From Owenia fusiformis (lineage: Eukaryota), in NCBI GenBank assembly GCA_903813345.2, contig CAIIXF020000001.1:12338001-12402000 (forward strand): DNA of 64,000 nt. Direction: 5' to 3'. Positions 51,921-64,000 of this stretch are shown here, piece by piece. The translations under genes were made by a program, and so were the position numbers. Under the pieces are notes generated by a model. The model was not told the origin of the DNA. It saw only the letters and a list, made by a program, of their open reading frames with translations, and ran no database searches. How positions within the stretch are numbered: position 1 is the first letter of the stretch; the number at the start of each line of letters is the position of its first letter.

Positions 51921-52732
51921 AGATGCGAGTAGGTAGTTACCAGTTTCGCCATCAGGTGACTAATTCGGGGGAAATAACATGGCAGGGTATTACAAAATTC
52001 CCTTGAACTTGAATATTCATCAGTTTACTGGTTCACTTTTCATATTATCCTTATGTATCTGATAGTTATACAAATTAAAATATGTCCAGTAAAAGAAAAT
52101 ATTATCTGCCCAACACAAGAAAATATATTTCCATTTTTGTGATTTTACAACATGGGGTCTATGGGGAATCTACCCTTTGCATTCGTTTGACTTCACTTCT
52201 TAAAAAGAGATTCGTCTTCACTCTTTCAAACTAGAATAAACCTGTGAACTCACCGCGCCAATCAGTGTTCGTCGGCCAAATTTGACCGACGTTCTATATA
52301 TGGTCATTCCTTCTGCTGTCATCGTTGAGCCCGGAATTGACCAATGATATGCGCATTATTTAATAAGAACGCATTTGGCGTATGTTTCTTCAAGCTCGCT
52401 GACTGGTGGAAGAAAGGTTAGGGCGTAGGTCAGAAGTGATTTGTTACCCAAAACTGTCACCGGTACCCATCGTGGGGGCGGGGCTACTAAACTGTAATAT
52501 GGTCTCTACTAGGCAGAGTGTAGTTTAACTAGACTCTGCACGCAGGGTATGGGGAATCTCCCCGAACTTAGAAGTCACATTTTCAAAGAAAATTCAATTT
52601 TTAAAGTTGATAAACTCTTTTCAAAACCACATTTCTCGATGTACTTTTACATGTAGATTCCAAATATGACATCAGTTTGACTGGATTTTGAATTTTAAAT
52701 GACGTAAATCAAGATTATTTCTACTCGCATCT
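51921..52732. mobile_element. TIR element H (host of a family G insertion); related decayed copy approx. 58174-58480
   Basis: 12-bp IR agatgcgagtag / ctactcgcatct; internal sequence shared with 58200-58470. Confidence 0.6.
52171..52549 (-). mobile_element. Family G MITE (long form, complete) with 9-bp TSD
   Basis: taccctttgca...tgcacgcagggta flanked by tggggaatc on both sides. Confidence 0.88.
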
Positions 52733-55700
52733 AGGATATTCAGATTGTTCTACTTGACTTATGATATTGCAAGCTTTTGATATTTTACAAAACATAATTG
52801 CAAGATTTCTAACATTTTTGCATCAAGTGTTTACTTTCTTTCTTTTAACTTAACATTTTCCTAATTTTCATATGTTATGTCATAACTGGCTAAATAACAT
52901 TTTCCAATCCAACCAAAAAATGTTTGTTCTAGATAAAATGATATTGAAAGAAACAAGACTTGAAAATGCAGTTTACACACAGGCTGGTGACTGATTGAAG
53001 TTCTGATGACACATTTATTTTCTCAAATTAATTAAATGATTATAATCAACTTGATGGGGTACACTGTCAAGCTATTTGTGATTTTACTGATATAAGTTAT
53101 CTGCTAAGATTGATGATTTAAACACCATCTATAGCTTCAGGTACATTGAACAGTTGATTGTCTGTAATTAACTTCAAACTATCCTTTTATCCTATAACCT
53201 TTGTAGCAAATTAGACAGCCGTCACAAAAAGCATGTAAAATACTATTTAACAAGTTTAGTATGCCACTCACAGAAATTGTGCTGGAATCAACTGCACCCT
53301 CGTGGTTTACTTAATGAAGAGCCATGTTTATTTTTATTACGGAGATGTTCAAATGAATACTGATGAGGGCTTAATAAGCTGATGTCATAACATCACAATG
53401 TATCTTAAGGTAAAGTAAGGAGATATCAGGGATATTGCATCCTTAGCTCAATGCCTCTCTCAAATACTTGCTGAAATGTAACTCAACAGTTTAAGAATTT
53501 TGCCAGTGTACCATTTTTCAGCATAAGGTCCTAATCTATCATGTTATTTCGTGCATACACTAAAGCAACTAATCAAGCGTTCAAAGTCTTCACCAAGCTG
53601 TCCCTATCAAAACTCGATTGCTCCGGCACATGATATGAATTTGAAGAAAGTATCAATAACTGAGTGCTCTCTAAGAGTAATTTAGGAACCAGGCATATTT
53701 GAACCCAAAATCTTTCTGGTTATATCAGAGCAAAGATTAGACTCAGGATATTTATGTGAAAGTGCCTCGTCATGGATGGAATACTGAGCATTCACAATCT
53801 AGTTAGGCAGGACAGGTAATTATTGGTGATTAAACACATTATGAGATGATTTAATTAATTCTATAATTAATTTGTCTTTACAGGATAAATCTGACTTAAT
53901 TCAATCAATGAGTTTATATAGTATGATTGAGTCCTGGCTGTTAAAACAAATTGGAGAATATTAATTAGATTTCAAGACATACCTTATATGCTAAAACTCT
54001 GGGTGATATAAGAATCGCTCTTCACCAATACTGGAACCTTATAAAATGGCTATAAATCAAAATAATGAAAGATTTCTACCATTCAAAAAAAAGTAAATCT
54101 ATGTCAAATAGTTAAAATCTCACAATTATGAAATGGTGTGGAATTTCAAAAAATCTTCAAATATTTTACTATTTGTTCTTATATATAAGAAAGGTTTCGA
54201 GAATAGTTAGAGAACAAGTTGTTTCGAGAATTATCTGATAAAGGGCAGTAAAAAGAGTTTGGGATGGACTTGATTAAATAAACTACGGTGATCAAGAAAT
54301 AGAACACCACTCGGTACACTCTTGTGAATCAATTTCCCTGTTTGACCATATGTCTCAATATACTCATTTCAAACGCAACCTGATTTTCTTTTAAAGCATT
54401 GAAAATATAAATAGAATTCATATATGGTATCCAATCATATTGCTGCACTATGAATATCTGATGGACGAAAATTTTGATTTATATTTTTGCAAGTGTTTTG
54501 GTATTGATCTGGAATTAACATTGGGACTATAGGGATGATATGGCAGTAATCAAGTTGTGCATGTGGCTTTCGTACTTTGCTATATTGGACAAACATTCAA
54601 ATATCATCTCACATTATGTGTAGAATACTTTTCTATAACTGTTTCTGCTGTTTCTCATTTCTCTTATTTCCTACGCTAAACACATACAGTTTGAGCAATA
54701 AATAAATGAGTAGTTGATTTTCTATCACCACTTCAAAATATTGTCTAGATACATATCCCCTAAAATTTGTATATTTTACATTTTGTATACTTTATGAGTA
54801 CATGCACATTTTGTTTTAAGAATACTTTTTCATTAAAATTAAGAGATGTTTATTGCTTGACCATAACAATATATGTGTACTAAACAGTATTTTACAAATG
54901 ATAAGCTGTTGTTTCGTGCCTTGTTATTCAACTGAATTGTCATTTACATGCATCTACATGCATTAACTTCGTAAGTTTTTAACATTATACTTTCCAATAG
55001 TTTTATTTTGATTCTTTTAAAGAGCACTTCATTTAGATTAAATATACTAAGGCTAGATAATAGCTAATATATATTAATATCCAGTGTTCTCCACAGGATT
55101 TTTTCTCACGTGGTTGCAAAATTCTCATTTGCACAATTCAGACCAAAATTGGTCAAAATAGACCTATTTTTCATGATTTTCTCATATTCAAGTGGGTGCA
55201 GATGAATTTTCAGGTGGGTGCAAGCTTGTTTTCAAAACCTCAGGTGGGTGCTATGTCCACTTGCCTCAATGCTGGGGAGATCACTGCTATAATAGTCGTC
55301 TTTCCTCCAAGACACCACTGATTCTCCGTCAAATCTCCTATATTAAGTTCGTATAGAAGATAAAAGAGACCCATAGCATCTAAGACAGGATTTCATTTCC
55401 ATAAATGAACCATAAAAGTTTATTATTAAACTCTGGTACATACTTTACCAATTTTAAATTACATGGGTTAATATAGTATTGTAACCCCAAAAAGTATAAC
55501 ATAAATTATAAGGGTATATGAATTCAGGGAATATTTCCTCAAATGGTATAAAAAGTTATATTCTGTAATTAGTATATCATTGTGGTACTGTATATCAACT
55601 ACCAACAAAAACCATTAGCAAATGAAACCCTTTGCTTTAGCTTTGGTTTTATTGAGGATATAGGAATTCTGAACTGAATATATACAGAACTTTCATGCTA

Positions 55701-56148
55701 ATTTACCAAGCAATTTAGGAAGAATTTTTAGTGTTCTTTAAGAACTATTTTTTATGACTTCTCTCGCTAATTCACATCAGATGCCCTCTAATTGAAAAGG
55801 TTATTTCCTTCGTAGATCTTCAAAAAACAATTGCTGTTCATGGAAACTATTTTTCTGTGTCATAATGAAGCAGGGAGAAGATTAATGGGCCATTGGATAT
55901 GCTTGAAATAATACATTGATTTATCATTATTTTATCATCTTCCACTAATAGGGCTTGAGTCCATCCTTGAAAGCAAACATCAAACAAGCACTAGCATAGA
56001 GTATTACATGGTTCACTTCGGGTGTAATTTGTATAAGAAACAAACATCAACATTTAATAACATTCATAGTTCTAAAATACTAGAGAGTGTAATTAGTATG
56101 CAATTTTGAAAAAGCGAACATGAAAGCGCAAGTGTTGATCTTGTCTTC

Positions 56149-56470
56149 GCCGGGTTGGCCTAGTGGTTAAGGCATTGGTCTGAAAAGCAGGAAGTCTGGC
56201 TTCATGCTGAAAAGTAGAGGTCTTGGGTTCAAATCCAGGTCACAGCACTTCTTGTGATTTGTCTTTTACCTATGACTGCTGACCTATACTGGCGATTACT
56301 AGAGTGCTGCTGACTCGATAAAAGGCTAGCGCTGGCTAGAATTGTCTATGGTTCTAGCCAGTATAAAGATACCAGTTCTTCAACTCGACAATAGGAAACA
56401 CTGCTCTACCTTAGTGACTAATATACATGATATGACATCTAAAGAGTCAATAAAAGATATATATATATAA
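56149..56470 (+). mobile_element. tRNA-derived SINE
   Basis: A box tggcctagtgg and B box ggttcaaatcc with an over-long spacer, unique body, aataaa plus (at)n tail. Confidence 0.7.
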
Positions 56471-56599
56471 GAGAGTATTTTTCCTAAAAACAAACTTCAA
56501 GGTTTATAAACATACATGTATTTATGCTTTGATATAAATGTTAATAGGTGCAATTTTGGATGAACAATCCATCTAATCCAAACAGCACTCAGACTGGCC

Positions 56600-56879
56600 A
56601 AGAGTGTTCAAATTAGCAATAGAGTTTTCAAATTAGCAGTATAGTGTTCAAATTAGCAGTAGAGTGTTCAAAATAGCAGTAGAGTGTTCAAATTAGCAGT
56701 AGAGTGTTCAAATTAGCAGTATAGTGGTCAAATTAGCAGTAGAGTGTTCATATTTGCACTAGAGTGTTCAAATTAGCAGTAGAGTGTTCAGATTAGCAGT
56801 AGAGTGTTCAAATTAGCAGTAGAGTGGTCAAATTAGCAGTAGATTGGTCAAATTAGCAGTAGAGTGGTCAAATTAGCAG
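56600..56879. repeat. 20-bp minisatellite (~14 copies)
   Basis: Unit agagtgttcaaattagcagt. Confidence 0.92.
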
Positions 56880-59535
56880 GTCTTCACATTTCAAGGCTCA
56901 TTCATATTTGAGTCAGTGGAAGATACCAAAATTGGGACCAAAAAGTGTTCACATAGAGAGGTTTTTCGATTAGGGAGGCATTCGGATAAACAGGTTTTAG
57001 GATGTTGTAATGATGGTATAAATCCTAAATGCTATGGTGCAACAGTCTAGATTCGAATAAATAGATTTGATTTATTTATTAAATATTCAAAGTTTAGTCA
57101 TAGTGATATCATATTTGAAATCTAAATAAAAAATTGCATATATGGATGCTGTTTTAAAAATTGTTTATCAATTTTGAAATTTTAATTTTCTTATGTGACT
57201 TGTTATGATTTGTACAGTTGAGGTTCTCGCCAAATTTTACTCTCCTGTATCTTAAAATATTTCCCCTGATCTTCTTTATGTTACACTTTGGATAGTATTA
57301 CATATTAACAATATTGAGCGGTTTTCATGGTGAAGTCTTAACTCAGTGACATGACATAGCAAAAATGATTGCGCGTAAAGATTATGTTTTAGATGCAGTG
57401 CTAAACAAGTATCATCCATTCTCGAAAATTAGATAATTGAAAACAGAAGTGTTTTGAGCTTGATATTTTGGTTTTCTTAAGATTTCAATTGAATTGACAC
57501 TCTGCAGCTCTGCCATAAAACATGTGGGGTATTTATTCAAAGCATTGTAAAACTAAGGTATTGTACAGTAACACCTTCTTTATTGAATACCATTGATTTA
57601 AGGACAGTAAATTCTGTCTGATATTAACACTGTTCATATGCCATCTTAGCATTCCCATTGAGCTTTATCATGAGATAAAATCAAATTTTTTATTTATTTT
57701 CATAGAATCAGATTTGATGTTAACCAATGAGAAATGACGAACTCCATAAAGTAATAAGAAAAAATTTGACATTATGCGAAAAATTCAATTCAATATTCTG
57801 AGATTATTTCCTTATTAACTAACGCAACTCTACCTCCATATATTAAAAACCGGCATATCTTCATTGCCAAAGCACTCACTGTAACAGGTTTCACCGTAGA
57901 GCGTAAGAATTCACAGTTGATTAGACTATGAGCCAGTGGTTCTCTCGAAATGTATCTATAGTGATGTGATGGTTATTCCTCGCGCCTGAGGTATCAGTTA
58001 AGTTGCTGGGCTTGATTAATCTTGATGGGGCACATGTGTTGTGTGAAACAAATGTTGGGGCAAACTGGGGCACATTGATTGAGAAGTCAGATTAGATTAA
58101 GATCTTACTGTAAGAAATGAATATATTCCATCAGGCATGCTTGAGTTTCATTCCTTAATAACCCAGATGCCAGTTAAGTTGCATTTGGTCAGATAACTTG
58201 GCAGGGTTCCCTTAAACTTGAATATTCGTTTCTTAAAATAGATCAATTTTTATATAACCGTTATATGTTTGATAATTATGGAAATGAAAATATGTTCAGT
58301 AAAAGAAAATATTATCTGTCCAACACAAGAAAAGATATTTCACTTTTTGTGATTTTACAATATGGGGTCTAAAAGTTGCAATTTCAAAGAAAATTTAATT
58401 TTCAGTTGATAAACAATGTTTCAAGCACTTTACTAGATGAGATTTTACATGTACATTTCAAATATGTTAGATTCTTGATTTTAAGATTTAAGACTTCATA
58501 GTCTGCATAACATGTAAAGGTGATCGAGTGAGATGAATTGGTTGGGAATATATCATTGCTATGCTTGAGAGAATCTCAAATCTTATAAGTAATGTGACAT
58601 GTTATTTGCACAAAATGATATGTTCAGGTGGCTAATGGGGATACGCTTGGATGGTTTGGGTCCCCTTGACTACAATACAACACTTCAGCCCCATTTATTA
58701 TGTGGTAGAAAATGGAAAAAATAGATGACATTTAAGAAATTTTCAACATTTATTGAAAATGTTAATATATATGCATATTTTCTGTCTGGGCAATTTACAT
58801 TCTTGCAAAATTTACCTACTGGCCATTGTTGTACAATAGCCCCTACTCTTACTGCTTGTGAGTAGTTGCTCTCACAAGCATTATATAAAGATCTGCTCTT
58901 GCTAATTAAAATGCCTTACTGCCTAAATAATTACTTTAGACAACAGTTTATAAAATTGCAGAAGATAGGATATTTACTTACTGTCTAAAATGCTTCAATC
59001 ATTTTTTCTAGTCAGACATTTATCTATGTTAAAATTGTTCTATAATTTATCTGTTGAGTTTACAATTTATATCATAATTGATGATGATTACAGAGAAATA
59101 TTTATATTGAAAAAAGCAAAAAATGGCGGAATATCTCAGATCATTTAGCAAATAATTAATTTCAATTAATATTTAAATTGGTCTAAATTCCTACATTTCG
59201 GCATCTAGGTTTTCAAGGAATTGATTTTTTAATACTCTTTCATGAAAACCACTCGACTAAGTTAGTGATATACTCTAGAATGAAGAAAAAAAATTTTTTT
59301 GATTCCCATAGGTCTGTCAAAGCGTGAACAAACCATTAGTGTTGAAATTAATGAAGAGTTAATAATAGTTAATATGAGATCATTACTTCTGCTAACAAGA
59401 TAGCAGCTTTTTAGAATGGTTTGATTAGTCAGGCATATTCGGATAAATAGTGCTTGGTAAACCCATTATCAGATAATCATATCAAGCATGAGGCAATCCT
59501 AAGTTTACAATATCAGGGGAATGTAATATAATGTG

Positions 59536-61738
59536 GTGTAATTAAAATAACACTGAAACATTAGTGTATGTGTAATTAAAATAACACTGAAACATAAGTG
59601 TATGTGTAATTAAAATAACACTGAAACATTAGTGTATGTGTAATTAAAATAACACTGAAACATTAGTGTATGTGTAATTAAAATAACACTGAAACATTAG
59701 TGTATGTGTAATTAAAATAACACTGAAACATAAGTGTATGAGTGTAATTAAAATAGCACTGAAACATAAGTGTATGAGTGTAATTAAAATAGCACTGAAA
59801 CATTAGTGTATGTGTAATTAAAAGAACACTGAAACATTAGTGTATGTGTAATTAAAATAACACTCAAGCATAAATGTATGAGTAATTAAAATAACACTGA
59901 AGTATAAATGTATGAGTGTAATTATTAAAATAACACTGAAGCATAAGTGTATGAGTGTAATTAAAATAACACTGAAGCATAAATGTATTAGTGTAATTAA
60001 AATAACACTGAAGCATAAATGTATGAGTGTAATTAAAATAACACTGAAGCATAAATGTATTAGTGTAATTAAAATAACACTGAAGCATAAATGTATGAGT
60101 GTAATTAAAATAACACTGAAACATTAGTGTATGTGTAATTAAAATAACACTGAAACATAAGTGTATGTGTAATTAAAATAACACTGAAACATTAGTGTAT
60201 GTGTAATTAAAATAACACTGAAACATTAGTGTATGTGTAATTAAAATAACACTCAAGCATAAATGTATGAGTAATTAAAATAACACTGAAGTATAAATGT
60301 ATGAGTGTAATTATTAAAATAACACTGAAGCATAAGTGTATGAGTGTAATTAAAATAACACTGAAGCATAAATGTATTAGTGTAATTAAAATAACACTGA
60401 AGCATAAATGTATGAGTGTAATTAAAATAACACTGAAGCATAAATGTATTAGTGTAATTAAAATAACACTGAAGCATAAATGTATGAGTGTAATTAAAAT
60501 AACACTGAAACATTAGTGTATGTGTAATTAAAATAACACTGAAACATAAGTGTATGTGTAATTAAAATAACACTGAAACATTAGTGTATGTGTAATTAAA
60601 ATAACACTGAAACATTAGTGTATGTGTAATTAAAATAACACTGAAACATTAGTGTATGTGTAATTAAAATAACACTGAAACATAAGTGTATGAGTGTAAT
60701 TAAAATAGCACTGAAACATAAGTGTATGAGTGTAATTAAAATAGCACTGAAACATTAGTGTATGTGTAATTAAAAGAACACTGAAACATTAGTGTATGTG
60801 TAATTAAAATAACACTCAAGCATAAATGTATGAGTAATTAAAATAACACTGAAGTATAAATGTATGAGTGTAATTATTAAAATAACACTGAAGCATAAGT
60901 GTATGAGTGTAATTAAAATAACACTGAAGCATAAATGTATTAGTGTAATTAAAATAACACTGAAGCATAAATGTATGAGTGTAATTAAAATAACACTGAA
61001 GCATAAATGTATTAGTGTAATTAAAATAACACTGAAGCATAAATGTATGAGTGTAATTAAAATAACACTGAAACATTAGTGTATGTGTAATTAAAAGAAC
61101 ACTGAAACATTAGTGTATGTGTAATTAAAATAACACTGAAGCATAAATGTATGAGTAATTAAAATAACACTGAAGTATAAATGTATGAGTGTAATTAAAA
61201 TAACACTGAAGCATAAATGTATTAGTGTAATTAAAATAACACTGAAGCATAAGTGTATGAGTGTAATTAAAATAACACTGAAGCATAAATGTATTAGTGT
61301 AATTAAAATAACACTGAAGCATAAATGTATGAGTATAATTAGAAATAACACTGAAGCATAAATGTATTAGTGTAATTAAAATAACACTGAAGCATAAGTG
61401 TATGAGTGTAATTAAAATAACACTGAAGCATAAATGTATTAGTGTAATTAAAATAACACTGATGCATAAATGCATTAGTGTAATTAAAATAACAACGAAT
61501 CATAAGTATATGAGTGTAATTAAAATAACACTGAAGCATAAATGTATTAGTGTAATTAAAATAACACTGAAGCATAAGTGTATGAGTATAATTAGAAATA
61601 ACACTGAAGCATAATTGTATGAGTATAATTAGAAATAACACTGAAGCATAAATGTATTAGTGTAATTAAAATAACAACGAAGCATAAGTATATGAGTGTA
61701 ATTAAAATAACACTGGCGCATAAATGTATGAGTGTAAT
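59536..61738. repeat. 2.2-kb satellite of 34/36-bp monomers with higher-order duplications
   Basis: Unit gtgtaattaaaataacactgaa[a/g]cat[t/a]a[g/a]tgtat(ga); variant blocks repeat at 389-, 563- and 952-bp offsets. Confidence 0.97.
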
Positions 61739-61861
61739 ATCGTCTTGTAATTATCCATTGTACAAAGTTTGTAGGCATAAAGAGAAGCCATTCGTCCATT
61801 CATTCAGTTGTCTGTTCCTTCATCTGTAGTTCATATGTCCGGGCAATAGCTCAAATAATGG

Positions 61862-62140
61862 TAGTTCAACAAGTTAAACCTAGTCTGGGCCTTATTTCCT
61901 ATCTGACATATCTTGTGGCCCGCCCTAGGTTTAACTTCCGTGCCTATTCGGCCCTTGATGCAAAATATTCAATGGTGGTCTATGGTAGCGCATGTAATTC
62001 CATGCGCGTTTAATTAATAACTGATAGTGAGAATTTGCAACAAATGAAAGCATAGCACGGAAGTTAAACCCAATCACGGCAACAAGAACATTCAGATTGA
62101 TAAATGAAAGCCGTGGTATTGGGTTTAACTTGTTGAACTA
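61862..62140. mobile_element. 279-bp MITE with TAG..CTA termini and perfect 9-bp TSD
   Basis: TIR tagttcaacaagttaaacc; inner IR ggtttaacttccgtgc / gcacggaagttaaacc; aaataatgg at 61853-61 and 62141-49. Confidence 0.85.
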
Positions 62141-62794
62141 AAATAATGGATGAAAAGTGTATGAGTGTGTTTTAGTTTTTATACCTTGTATTTTTGAAGT
62201 AAAACCATAACAGTTTTGATGCGAGAGCATAATGATTGGCTAATATTGACCATTGATAACTCTTTCTAAATTATAAATGCATTGATTCTGAAATGTCATA
62301 CTTCTTTTTTGATTGATGTTTCAAAACAAATACATTAAGCTTAGATGAACTATGATCTGTCTGAAATGATTGGTTGTCTTAGCTTTTTGTTCTATCTTTG
62401 GATCGATATATTATGACACCTACGACTTACATAAATATTGATATTGTATCGATGTCAATGGATACTGTGAGCTTTAAAAGGTTATTGAATTTCGAATCAA
62501 TGTATCTGTATGGTATTAAATATACATATTGTGATCGGAATACAATATTTCTCGATCTCATCTGGCCTTTTGCAAACATTGTCCCAGACAGGAAATCAAC
62601 ATATGTCTACTATTGTAATGTATTACAATCATATTATATACTTATTTACCTATTATGTAATAACTTGATTGATTATGGATGATATCTGCAGTTAGTTGGC
62701 ACCGGAAACACTCAGAGGGAAATTGGAGTTAAGGTAAATTGGTTTCTGGAACAAAATCTTAAAATATATGTCAACACAATAGACATCTAGTTAC

Positions 62795-63172
62795 CCATAA
62801 ACTCAATGGTACATCACTCAATATATATATCAAATCAAATGTATATCAACTCAATAATATCAACCCAATATACATCAACTCATGTATGCATCAATTCAAT
62901 GGTGCATCAACTCAATGTGCATCAACTCAATTTATATTAGCTCAATATATATCAACTCAAGGGTACATCACTTCAATGGTGCATCAACTCTATTGTAAAT
63001 CAAAAGTAATCTACATTGGCTCAATTCAATAGAAAATCAACCCAATTGCACATCAACTCAATTATACATCAACTCAGACAACATCAACTCACACTATATC
63101 AACTCAAGGGTACATCAACTCAGACTTTGTCAACTCAATTGTACATCAACTTAGTGATCCATAAGCTCAATA
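62795..63172. repeat. Degenerate ~19-bp tandem repeat
   Basis: Recurrent acatcaactcaat motif. Confidence 0.75.
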
Positions 63173-63379
63173 AATCCTAATGTTGAGTAAATACAAATAC
63201 AGTTAATACACAGACAGATTACTTTTGCCATTGATCCTAAAGTATAGATTAATATACAATTTCTGATGTCACGCAACGCTGTGTACTAACAATTAATTAC
63301 TGAAGTGCATACTGACATTATTTTGTTTTATTTCACGATACATATTTTTTATAGTTAGGATAATTAATTAATAGGCAAA

Positions 63380-63411
63380 ATGGCTGCAAAAATGATACAA
63401 TCACTAACAAG
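63380..63411 (+). CDS. Candidate first coding exon of an unidentified plus-strand gene (MAAKMIQSLT[R/S]...)
   Basis: Polypyrimidine tract plus tag acceptor at 63354, caaaATGG start context, AAG|gtatgt donor; no homology support visible. Confidence 0.35.
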
Positions 63412-64000
63412 GTATGTTTGACAGAATTAGTAAATATATATTTTTACTTATTTATTTATTTTATGATTTTATCTTGTATTATTCTGTTATTTGCAGTACA
63501 AGGTTTTCATGTGATAAATTTTATATTTTGTTACATATAGTATTGCACTTTGGTCTTTTGATTGCTTATTTTAGATTTGATTGACAGACAGAAAAAAGTG
63601 AAATAGACTATAGTATTGTTCTTTCTTTAAGCTTTGGTAAAATGAATAAAACCTTATCTAAATACACAGCGTGTTAGTTATCTTAATATTTTATCAGCCT
63701 ATAGGGCTTTAATCTTAAGTATTATCTAAATATGCCAATTGATCTGGTTTATAAGATCAAGGAATCCAATTCTTGAATGTCAGAGTGACCTTGTAATATT
63801 CTACTGCTGTCTTTATTGACCATTTCAGTTACATGATCTGATAAAACAGTCACTTTGGTAAGTGAAGAAGCATGTCATTTTAGTATTACAACATATGTTT
63901 TGCAGACTTCTAGTATCTTGGTACATTTTCCTTTATATGATTCAACTCTTAAGTAACAAGCCCCATGAAAATGAGCACCCAAAAATATTCAGAATTTTAG

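Noticed and set aside
53360..53395. Hammerhead-like ctgatga-ggctt-aat-aagct
   Set aside because: The required GAAA after stem II is absent (gatg), and no stems I/III were found
56149..56245. Possible functional tRNA
   Set aside because: A-B box spacing too long, no clean cloverleaf, and it continues into a SINE-like body and tail
59864..61641. Repetitive ORFs (MFQCYFNYTHTF..., MSVIKITLKHKC...)
   Set aside because: Translations of the 36-bp satellite monomer, open on both strands; no coding evidence. Not a CRISPR array because there are no unique spacers.

Overview
AT-rich, intron-rich animal genomic DNA; the repeat families suggest a marine invertebrate (inference, species not identifiable). 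Two spliced genes were reconstructed by hand and are convergent. (1) A plus-strand single-pass transmembrane protein kinase of TK/TKL type, with exons from 277 to 6505 and an uncertain 5' end. (2) A minus-strand YEATS4/GAS41 orthologue, 7 coding exons from 18736 to 8215, 224 aa, in which the acyl-lysine-cage tyrosine (human Y74) reads as Ile. YEATS4 introns hold stacked and nested Helentron/HINE-like elements with central tandem repeats, plus a 5'-truncated CR1-type LINE whose empty target site survives in an adjacent duplicate. From about 19 kb to 63 kb I could find no protein-coding exons. That stretch contains a probable Kolobok derivative with a THAP remnant, a TIR element carrying LINE and tRNA cargo, several MITE families with 9-bp target-site duplications (TSDs), a Tc1 MITE, a tRNA-derived SINE, a 307-bp foldback, minisatellites and a 2.2-kb satellite with higher-order structure. 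Candidate non-coding exons and a candidate first coding exon at 63380 suggest a divergent plus-strand gene with very long 5' introns. Most short ORFs in the supplied track are spurious or are pieces of exons.
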